DNA of 64,000 nt from Squalus acanthias (Eukaryota): NCBI GenBank assembly GCA_030390025.1, contig JASTWF010000035.1, positions 4,216,001-4,280,000 of the forward strand. Direction: 5' to 3'. The translations under genes and the position numbers were made by a program. The notes beneath the pieces are model-generated. The model was not told where the DNA came from. It was given only the letters and a program-made list of their open reading frames with translations, and made no database searches. Shown piece after piece: positions 14,506 to 25,700 of the stretch (positions within the stretch are counted from its first letter, which is position 1; each line of letters opens with the position of its first letter).

Positions 14506-17500
14506 GTCAGTTCAAAACACTCTGAGCTCAGAGTCTGGTTAGTGCTCAGAGAGAACCTCAATCTCCGCACTCACACAATAGTGAAGCAGTGTGAGCGAGG
14601 TGAGTGTGAGCGGTGTGAGTGTGAGGGTGAGTGTGAGGGTGAGTGTGAGGGTGAGTGTGTGCGGTGTGAGTGTGAGCGGTGTGAGTGTGAGCGGTGTGAG
14701 GGTGAGTGTGAGCGGTGTGAGTGTGAGCGGTGTGAGTGTGAGCGTGAGTGTGAGCGAAGGGCCTCTTTCTGTGCTGTAACTCTATGACACTATGATGGAC
14801 ACGGTCTGGACTCGGTCTGGGCTCGGTCTGGGTAGGTGATGGGGTCGGTCTGGGCTCAGTCTGGTCGGTGATGGGCTTGGTCTGGGTCGGTGATGGGCTT
14901 GGTCTGGCTCGGTCTGGGCTCGGTCTGGGCTCGGTCTGGTCGGTGATGGGCTCGGTCTGGTGTCGGTCTGGTCGGTGATGGGCTAGGTCTGGTCGGCGAT
15001 GGGGTCGGTCTGGGCTCGGTCTGGGCTCAGTCTGGTCGGTGATGGGGTCGGTCTGGGTCAGTCTGGGCTCGGTCTGGACTCGGTGATGGGCGCGGTCTGG
15101 TCGGTGATGGGCTCGGTCTGGGCTCGGTCTGGGCTCGGTCTGGTCGGTGATGGGCTCGGTCTGGTCGGTGATGGGCTCGGTCTGGTCGGTGATGAGCTCG
15201 GTCTGGGCTCGGTCTGGGCTCGGTCTGGTCGGTGATGGGCTCGGTCTGGGCTCGGTCTGGTCGGTGATGGGCTCGGTCTGGTCGGTCTGGGCTCGGTCTG
15301 GGCTCGGTCTGGGCTCAGTCTGGTCGGTCTGGGCTCGGTCTGGGCTCGGTCTGGTCGGTGATGGGCTCGGTCTGGGCTCGGTCTGGGCTCGGTCTGGTCG
15401 GTGATGGGCTCGGTCTGGTCGGTGATGGGCTCGGTCTGGTCGGTGATGGGCTCGGTCTGGGCTCGGTCTGGGCTCGGTCTGGTCGGTGATGGGCTCGGTC
15501 TGGTCGGTGATGGGCTCGGTCTGGTCGGTGATGGGCTCGGTCTGGGCTCGGACTGGGCTCGGTCTGGTCGGTGATGGGCTCGGTCTGGTCGGTCTGGGCT
15601 CGGTCTGGGCTCGGTCTGGTCGGTCTGGGCTCGGTCTGGGCTCGGTCTGGTCGGTGATGGGCTCGGTCTGGGCTCGGTCTGGTCGGTGATGGGCTCGGTC
15701 TGGTCGGTGATGGGCTCGGTCTGGTCGGTCTGGGCTTGGTCTGGGCTCGGTCTGGTCGGTGATGGGCTCGGTCTGGACTCGGTGATGGGCGCGGTCTGGT
15801 CGGTGATGGGCTCGGTCTGGTCGGTGATGAGCTCGGTCTGGGCTCGGTCTGGGCTCGGTCTGGTCGGTGATGGGCTCGGTCTGGGCTCGGTCTGGTCGGT
15901 GATGGGCTCGGTCTGGGCTCGGTCTGGTCGGTCTGGGCTCGGTCTGGGCTCGGTCTGGTCGGTCTGGGCTCGGTCTGGGCTCGGTCTGGTCGGTCTGGGC
16001 TCGGTCTGGGCTCGGTCTGGTCGGTGATGGGCTCGGTCTGGGCTCGGTCTGGGCTCGGTCTGGTCGGTGATGGGCTCGGTCTGGTCGGTGATGGGCTCGG
16101 TCTGGTCGGTGATGGGCTCGGTCTGGGCTCGGTCTGGGCTCGGTCTGGTCGGTGATGGGCTCGGTCTGGTCGGTGATGGGCTCGGTCTGGTCGGTGATGG
16201 GCTCGGTCTGGGCTCGGACTGGGCTCGGTCTGGTCGGTGATGGGCTCGGTCTGGTCGGTCTGGGCTCGGTCTGGGCTCGGTCTGGTCGGTGATGGGCTCG
16301 GTCTGGGCTCGGTCTGGTCGGTGATGGGCTCGGTCTGGTCGGTGATGGGCTCGGTCTGGTCGGTGATGGGCTCGGTCTGGTCGGTCTGGGCTCGGTCTGG
16401 GCTCGGTCTGGACGGTGATGGGCTCGGTCTGGTCGGTGATGGGCTCGGTCTGGGCTCGGTCTGGTCGGTGATGGGGTCGGTCTGGGCTCGGTCTGGGCTC
16501 GGTCTGGTCGGTGATGGGGTCGGTCTGGGCTCGGTCTGGGCTCGGTCTGGTCGGTGATGGGGTCGGTCTGGGCTCGGTCTGGGCTCGGTCTGGTCGGTGA
16601 TGGGCTCGGTCTGGTCGGTCTGGGCTCGGTCTGGACTCGGTGATGGGCTCGGTCTGGATGGTGATGGGCTCGGTCTGGTCGGTGATGGGGTCGGTCTGGG
16701 TCAGTCTGGGCTCGGTCTGGTCGGTGATGGGCTCGGTCTGGTCGGTCTGGGCTCGGTCTGGACTCGGTGATGGGCTCGGTCTGGTCGGTGATGGGCTCGG
16801 TCTGGTCGGTGATGGGGTCGGTCTGGGTCAGTCTGGGCTCGGTCTGGTCGGTGATGGGCTCGGTCTGGGCTCGATCTGGGCTCGGTCTGGACGGTGATGG
16901 GCTCGGTCTGGACGGTGATGGGCTCGGTCTGGGCTCGGTCTGGTCGGTGATGGGGTCGGTCTGGGCTCGGTCTGGTCGGTGATGGGGTCGGTCTGGGCTC
17001 GGTCTGGTCGGTGATGGGCTCGGTCTGGTCGGTCTGGGCTCGGTCTGGTCGGTGATGGGGTCGGTCTGGGCTCGGTCTGGTCGGTGATGGGGTCGGTCTG
17101 GGCTCGGTCTGGTCGGTGATGGGGTCGGTCTGGGCTCGGTCTGGTCGGTGATGGGCTCGGTCTGGTCGGTGATGGGCTCGGTCTGGTCGGTCTGGGCTCG
17201 GTCTGGTCGGTGATGGGGTCGGTCTGGGCTCGGTCTGGTCGGTGATGGGGTCGGTCTGGGCTCGGTCTGGTCGGTGATGGGCTCGGTCTGGGCTCGGTCT
17301 GGGCTCGGTCTGGGCTCGGTCTGGACGGTGATGGGCTCGGTCTGGACGGTGATGGGCTCGGTCTGGGCTCGGTCTGGTCAGTGATGGGGTCGGTCTGGGC
17401 TCGGTCTGGTCGGTGATGGGGTCGGTCTGGGCTCGGTCTGGTCGGTGATGGGGTCGGTCTGGGCTCGGTCTGGTCGGTGATGGGGTCGGTCTGGGCTCGG

Positions 17501-20500
17501 TCTGGTCGGTGATGGGGTCGGTCTGGGCTCGGTCTGGTCGGTGATGGGGTCGGTCTGGGCTCGGTCTGGTCGGTGATGGGGTCGGTCTGGGCTCGGTCTG
17601 GTCGGTGATGGGCTCGGTCTGGTCGGTCTGGGCTCGGTCTGGTTGGTGATGGGGTCGGTCTGGGCTCGGTCTGGTCGGTGATGGGGTCGGTCTGGGCTCG
17701 GTCTGGTCGGTGATGGGGTCGGTCTGGGCTCGGTCTGGTCGGTGATGGGGTCGGTCTGGGCTCGGTCTGGTCGGTGATGGGGTCGGTCTGGTCGGTCTGG
17801 GCTCGGTCTGGTTGGTGATGGGGTCGGTCTGGGCTCGGTCTGGTCGGTGATGGGGTCGGTCTGGGCTCGGTCTGGTCGGTGATGGGCTCGGTCTGGGCTC
17901 GGTCTGGGCTCGGTCTGGGCTCGGTCTGGGCTCAGTCTGGACGGTGATGGGCTCGGTCTGGACGGTGATGGGGTCGGTCTGGTCGGTGATGGGGTCGGTC
18001 TGGGCTCGGTCTGGTCGGTGATGGGGTCGGTGATGGGGTCGGTCTGGTCGGTGATGGGGTCGGTCTGGGCTCGGTCTGGTCGGTGATGGGGTCGGTCTGG
18101 GCTCGGTCTGGTCGGTGATGGGGTCGGTCTGGGCTCGGTCTGGTCGGTGATGGGGTCGGTGATGGGGTCGGTCTGGTCGGTGATGGGGTCGGTCTGGGCT
18201 CGGTCTGGTCGGTGATGGGCTCGGTCTGGTCGGTCTGGGCTCGGTCTGGTCGGTGATGGGGTCGGTCTGGGCTCGGTCTGGTCGGTGATGGGGTCGGTCT
18301 GGGCTCGGTCTGGTCGGTGATGGGGTCGGTCTGGGCTCGGTCTGGTCGGTGATGGGGTCGGTCTGGGCTCGGTCTGGTCGGTGATGGGCTCGGTCTGGTC
18401 GGTCTGGGCTCGGTCTGGTCGGTGATGGGGTCGGTCTGGGCTCGGTCTGGTCGGTGATGGGGTCGGTGATGGGGTCGGTCTGGTCGGTGATGGGGTCGGT
18501 CTGGGCTCGGTCTGGTCGGTGATGGGGTCACTGTGCAGGTTGAGCTTGTGTTCTGTTGCGTGGTGTCAAGCTGATTCTCTGTGTCTCTCACAGATTCCGT
18601 GCCCTGATCACGGGACGCTGGGTGTGTCTGTCGAGGGCCGGGAGCTGGTCCTGGAGATTGAACGGAATGAGTGAGTATCCCTCGTCCCTCCACCGCCTCG
18701 AACACATCCTTCTCCTGGAAATGATTGTTACAACTAGGTGGCTGGTTTGGCCTTGTAACATTGTACAGTGCGCTTGTATTCCCGTGAATGTGGAAGAGTA
18801 AGGGGTAGAAACATAGAAACATAGAAAATAGGTACAGGAGTAGACCATTCGGTCCTTCGAGCCTGCACCGCCATTCAATGCGTTCATGGCTGAACATGCT
18901 ACCTCAGTACCCCATTCCTGCTTTCTCGCCATACCCCTTGATCCCCCTAGTTGTGAGTGTTATATCTAACTCCCTTTTGAATATATTTAGCGAACTGGCC
19001 TCAACAACCTTCTGTGGAAGAGAATTCCATAGATTCACCACTCTCTGGGTGAAGAAGTTCCTCCTCAGCTCAGTCCTAAATGGCTTCCCCTTAATCCTTA
19101 GACTGTGACCCCTGGTTCTAGTTTTCCCTACCATTGGGAACATTCTGCCCGCATCTAATTTGTCTAAACCAGTCAGGATTTTAAATGTCTCTATAAGATC
19201 CCCCCTCATTCTTCTGAACTCCAGAGGATACAAGTTCAGTTGACCCAATCTTTCTTGATATGTCAGTCCGGCCATCCCAGGAATCAATCTAGTGAACCTT
19301 CGCTGCACTCCCTCAATAGCAAGAATGTCCTTCCTTAAGTTAGGAGACCAAAACTGCGCACAATACTCCAGGTGTGGCCTCACCAAGGCCCTGTACAACT
19401 GTAGCATCACCTCCCTACTCCTGTACTCAAATCCCCTTGCTATGAAGGCCATCATTCCGTTTGCTTTCTTGACTGCCTGCTGCACTTGCATTCCCACCTT
19501 CAGTGACTGATGTACCATGACGCCCAGGTCTCGTTGCACGTCCCCTTTCCCTAATCTGCCACCATTCAGGTAATAGTCCGCCTCTCTATTTTTACCACCA
19601 AAGTGGATAACCTCACATTTATCCACATTGTACTTCATCTGCCATACATTTGCCCATTCACCCAACCTGTCCAAGTCACTCTGTAGCCTCCTAGCATCCT
19701 CCTCATTGTTCACACTGCCTCCCAATTTAGTGTCATCCGCAAATTTGGAGATATTACATTTAATCCCTTCGTCCAAATCATTAATATATAATGTAAACAG
19801 CTGGGGTCCCAGCACCGAACCCTGCGGTACCCCGCTGGTCACTGCCTGCCATTCTGAAAAGTACCCATTTACTCCTACTCTTTGTTTCCTGTGTGCCAAC
19901 CAGTTCTCAATCCACGTCAACACATTACCCCCAATCCCATGTGCTTTAACTTTGCTCACCAATCTCTTGTGTGGGACCTTGTCGAAGGCCTTCTGAAAGT
20001 CCAAATACACCACATCTACTGGTTCCCCCCTGTCCACCCTATTGGAAACATCCTCAAAAAATTCCAGAAGATTTGTCAAGCATGATTTCCCTTTCACAAA
20101 TCCATGCTGACTTGGACCTATCATGTCGCCACTTTCCAAATGGTCTGTTATGACATCTTTAATAATTGCTTCCATCATTTTACCCACGACCGATGTCAGG
20201 CTGACCGGTCTATAATTCCCTGCTTTCTCCCTCCCTCCTTTTTTAAAAAGAGGGGTTACATTGGCCACCCTCCACTCCATCGGAACTGATCCAGAGTCTA
20301 AGGAATGTTGGAAAATGATCGTCAATGCATCCACTATTTCCAAGGCCACCTCCTTAAGTACTCTGGGATGCAGACCATCAGGCCCCGGGGATTTTTCAGC
20401 CTTCAGTCCCATCAATTTCCCCAATACCTTTTCCCGACTAATAAGGATTTCCCTCAGCTCCTCCCTCTTACCAGATCCTCTGACCCCTTTTATTTCCGGC

Positions 20501-22732
20501 AGGTTGTGTGTGTGATCTAATCGAGGTGTTTAAGATGATTAAAGGATTTGATGGGGTAGAGAGGGAGAAACTATTTCCTCTGGTGGGGGGAGTCCAGAAC
20601 AAGGGGGCATAACCTTAAAATTAGAGCCAGGCCGTTCAGGGGTGATGTCAGGAAGCACTTCTTCACACAAAGGGTAGTGGAAATCTGGAACTCTCTCCCC
20701 CAAAAAGCTGTTAAGGCTGGGGGGCCAATTGAAAATTTCAAAACTGAGATTGATCGATTTTTGTTGGGTAAGGGTATTAAGGGTTACGGAACCAAGGCGG
20801 GTAAATGGAGTTAAGATACAGATCAGCCATGAATCTCATTGAATGGTGGAACAGGCTCGAGGGGCTGAATGGCCTCCTCCTGTTCCCGTGTAACAGACTC
20901 GAGGGGCTGAATGGCCTCCTCCTGTTCATAAGAACATAAGAAATAGGAGCAGGAGTAGACCAATCGGCCCCTCGAGCCTGCTCCGCCATTCAATGAGATC
21001 ATGGCTGATCTGATCCTAACCTCAAATCTAAAGAACACAAGAAGTAGGAGCAGGACCCGGCCACTCAGTCCCTGGGCCCGCTCCGCCACCCACAGGGCCC
21101 TGACCGATCCGAACTCAGCCTCATGTCCAATTTCCAGCCCGCTCCCCGTAACCCCTAATTCCCTTTACTTCTAGGAAACTGTCTATTTCTGTTTTAAATT
21201 TATTTAATGAAGTAGCTTCCACAGCTTCCTGGGGTAGCAAATTCCATAGACCCACTACCCTCTGGGTGAAGAAGTTTCTCCTCATCTCAGTTTTGAAAGA
21301 GCAGCCCCTTATTCTAAGATTATGTCCCCTAGTTCTAGTTTCACCCATCATCGGGAACATCCTTACCGCATCCACCCGATCAAGCCCCTTCACAATCTTA
21401 TATGTTTCAATAAGATCTTCTGAACTCCAATGAGTAGAGTCCCAATCTACTCAACCTCTCCTCGTATGTCCACCCCCTCATCCCCGGAATTAACCGAGTG
21501 AACCTTCTTTGTACTGCCTCGAGAGCAAGTATGTCTTTTCTTAAGTATGGACACCAAAACTGTATGCAGTATTCCAGGTGCGGTCTCACCTGTGCGGTTC
21601 CTGTGTAATAGGCTCGAGGGGCTGAATGGCCTCCTCCTGTTCCTGTGTAACAGGCTCGAGGGGCTGAACGGCCTCCTCCTGTTCCTGTGTAACAGGCTCG
21701 AGGGGCTGAACGGCCTCCTCCTGTTCCTATGTAACAGGCTCGAGGAGCTGAATGGCCTCCTCCTGTTCCTGTGTAACAGGCTCGAGGGGATGAACGGCCT
21801 CCTGTTCCTGTGTAACAGGCTCGAGGGGATGAACGGCCTCCTGTTCCTGTGTAACAGGCTCGAGTGGCTGAATGGCCTCCTCCTGTTCCTATGTAACAGG
21901 CTCGAGGAGATGAATGGCCTCCTCCTGTTCCTGTGTAACAGGCTCGAGGGGATGAACGGCCTCCTGTTCCTGTGTAACAGGCTCGAGGGGATGAACGGCC
22001 TCCTGTTCCTGTGTAACAGGCTCGAGGGGCTGAATGGCCTCCTCCTGTTCCTCTGTAACCGGCTCGAGGGGCTGAATGGCCTCCTGTCTGTATGTTCCAT
22101 TGAGTTAGCCATAGCGTGTGGGCCTGGAGTCACGTGTAGGCCAGACCGGGTTCTATTTGCTGGAGGACATCAGTGGCCGGGTGTGGTTTATCTGGTCATG
22201 TTCTGTTGCCAGCCACAAGTGAGCAGGTTGATAGTGTTCAGTTTCTCCACTCGCCCAGACGGGATCGGGACTGAGCAAATCCCGGAATCCAGTAGGATTC
22301 AGTGTAGGGAGATTTCAGAACAGTTGGTGGGAATGTCGGAGCAGGGCCTCGTTCAATGCCTCACCCGACTGGTGGATCCTGATGATCGTCCGTTCCCCTG
22401 GACCTGAGTGCAGCCTGGGTCACGGCCCGTCTGTGTCAAACTGACCTGTCTCTCTGCAGGCAACAGGCTGCACTCCGACATGGATCGACATGTATACCCC
22501 CCCCCTCTCTCTCTCTCTCTGTCTCTCTCTCTCTGTGTCTCTCTCTCTCTCCCTCTCTCTGTCTCTCTCTCTCGCTCTGTCTCTCTCTGTCTCTCTGTCT
22601 CTCTCTCACTCTCTCTCTGTCTCTCTCTCTGTCTGTCTCTCTGTCTGTCTCTCTGTCTGTCTCTCTGTGTGTCTCACTCTCTCTCACTCTCTCTTACTCT
22701 CTCACTCTCTCTCACTCTCACTCTCACTCTCA

Positions 22733-22763
<31 letters not shown>

Positions 22764-25700
22764 ACTCTCTCTCACTCTCTCTCACTCTCTCTCACTCTCA
22801 CTCACTCTCTCTCACTCTCTCTCTCTCTCTCTCGCTCTCTGTCTCTCTCTCGCTCTCTGTCTCTCTCTCTGTCTCACTCTCTGTCTCTCTCTGTCTCTCT
22901 CACTCTCTCTCTCTCTCTGTCTGTCTCTCTCGCTCTCTCTCTGTCTGTCTCTCTCTCTCCCTCACTCTCTCTGTCTCTCTCGCTCTGTCTCTCTCTCTCT
23001 CTGTCTCTCTCTCTCTCTGTCTCTCTCTCTCGCTGTCTCTCTCTGTCTCTCTCACACTCACTCTCTCACTCTCTCTCCCTCTCTCTCTCTCACTCTCTCT
23101 CTTTCTCTCTCACTCTCTCTCTCTGTCTCTCTCTCACTTTCTCACTCTCTCTCACTCTCTCTCACTCTCTCTCCCTCTCTCTCCCTCTCTCACTCTCACT
23201 CCCTCACTCTCTCTCCCTCACTCTCTTTCCCACTCTCACTCCCTCACTCTCTCTCTCTCCCTCTCGCTGTCTCGCAGTCTCACTCTTTGTGTGTCTCTCT
23301 CACTCTCTCTCTCTCACTCTCTGTCTCTCTCTCTCTGTCTCTCTCTCTGTCTCTCTCTCTGTCTCTCTCTCTCTCCCCCTCTGTCTCTCTCTCTCTGCCT
23401 CTCTCTCGCTCTCTTTCTCTCTCCCTCTCCTTCTCCCTCCCTCTCCTTCTCCCTCCCTTTGCCCCCTCTCTGTGCTCACTGTGTGATTACTCTGTTCCTG
23501 CTCCCTGTGTATTGTCGCTCTGGGAGTGAGCTGATGACTAAGACCAGCTGTGGTATAAAATGCTGAGTTTTCAACTCCCACAGTCAGTTCTGGGGCAGGA
23601 AGCAGCTGCTGTTCCCCAGAACAATCTGCGGTGTGTCATCTTCAGCTACACACTGCTAGACCTGTCCCTGCAGGCACAGCCCTCCAAATACAATCCTTGC
23701 TCTCTCCAACACTGCCTGTTACAGAGTGGCAGCCAGGATATGGGGTATGGAGTGTTAGCAGTGGAATTACAGCAAAGACTGAGGCCATTCGGCCCAATGG
23801 TCCTCACCTGCTGATACCTCTTCAGTACTGAGGGAGCGCCGCACTGTCAGAGGGGTGGTACTGAGGGAGTGCTGCACTGTCGGAGGGGCTGTACTGAGGG
23901 AGCGCTGCACTGTCGGGACAGTACTGAGGGAGCGCTGCACTGTCGGAGGGGCTGTACTGAGGGAGCGCTGCACTGTCGGGACAGTACTGAGGGAGCGCTG
24001 CACTGTCGGAGGGGCTGTACTGAGGGAGCGCTGCACTGTTGGGGCAGTACTGAGGGAGCGCTGCACAGTCGGAGGGGAGGTACTGAGGGAGTGCTGCACT
24101 GTCGGGGCAGTACTGAGGGAGCGCTGCACTGTCGGAGGGGTGGTACTGAGGGAGAGCTGCACTGTCGGGGCAGTACTGAGGGAGCGCTGCACTGTCGGAG
24201 GGGCAGTACTGAGGGAGCGCTGCACTGTCGGGGCTGTACTGAGGGAGCGCTCACTGTCGGAGGGGCAGTACTGAGGGAGCGCTGCACTGTCGGAGAGGCG
24301 GTACTGAGGGAGAGCTGCACTGTCGGAGGGGCTGTACTGAGTGATCGCTGCCCTGTCGGAGGGGCAGTACTGAGGGAGCGCTGCACTGTCGGAGGCTCAG
24401 TACAGAGGGAGCGCTGCACTGTCGGGGCAGTACTGAGGGAGCGCTCACTGTCGGAGGGGCAGTACTGAGGGAGCGCTGCACTGTCGGAGGGGCGGTACTG
24501 AGGTAGCGCTGCACTGTCGGAGGGGCAGTACTGAGGGAGCGCTGCACTGTCGGAGGGGTGGTACTGAGGGAGCGCTGCACTGTCGGAGGGGCAGTACTGA
24601 GGGAGCGCTGCACTGTCGGAGGCTCAGTACAGAGGGAGCGCTGCACTGTCGGGGCAGTACTGAGGGAGCGCTCACTGTCGGAGGGGCAGTACTGAGGGAG
24701 CGCTGCACTGTCGGAGGGGCGGTACCGAGGTAGCGCTGCACTGTCGGAGGGGCAGTACTGAGGGAGCGCCGCACTGTCGGAGGGGTGGTACTGAGGGAGC
24801 GCTGCACTGTCGGAGGGGCTGTACTGAGTGATCGCTGCCCTGTCGGAGGGGCAGTACTGAGGGAGCGCTGCACTGTCGGAGGGGCTGTACTGAGGGAGCA
24901 CCACACTGTCGGAGGGACAGTACTGAGGGAGCGCTGCACTGTCGGAGGGGCGGTACTGAGGGAGCGCCGCACTGTCGGAGGGGCAGTACTGAGGGAGCAC
25001 CGCACTGTCGGAGGGGCTGTACTGAGGGAGCGCCGCACTGTCGGAGGGGCAGTACTGAGGGAGCACCGCACTGTCGGAGGGGCAGTAGTGAGGGACTGCT
25101 GCACTGTCGGAGGGGCAGTACTGAGGGAGTGCAGCACTGTCGGAGGGACAGCACTGAGGGAGTGCCGCGCTGTCGGAGGGGCAGTACTGAGGGAGCGCTG
25201 CACTGTCAGCTGGGCAGTACTGAGGGAGCGCTGCACTGTCGGAGGGGCAGTACTGAGGGAGTGCCGCACTGTCGGAGGGGCAGTACTGAGGAAGAGCCGC
25301 ACTGTCGGAGGGGCAGTACTGAGGGAGCGCCGCACTGTCGGAAGGGCAGTACTGAGGGAGCGCTATCCTGTCGGAGGGTCGGTACTGAGGGAGCGCTGCA
25401 CTGTCGGAGGGGCTGTACTGAGGGAGCGCCACACTGTCGGAGGGACAGTACTGAGGGAGCGCTGCACTGTCGGAGGGGCGGTACTGAGGGAGCGCTGCAC
25501 TGTCGGAGGGGCTGTACTGAGGGAGCGCCGCACTGTTAGAGGGGCAGTACTGAGGGAGCACCGCACTGTCGGAGGGGCTGTACTGAGGGAGCGCCGCACT
25601 GTCGGAGGGGCAGTACTGAGGGAGCACCGCACTGTCGGAGGGGCAGTACTGAGGGACTGCTGCACTGTCGGAGGGGCAGTACTGAAGGAGTGCAGCACTG

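Noticed and set aside
18904..20424. 506-aa RT ORF as a domesticated gene or retron-like system
   Set aside because: Ordinary 5'-truncated CR1 with a standard tail and no endonuclease domain or promoter; an intact frame is explained by young age.
22408..23581. Ser/Leu-repeat ORFs of 358-373 aa
   Set aside because: Translation of a (TC)n microsatellite.
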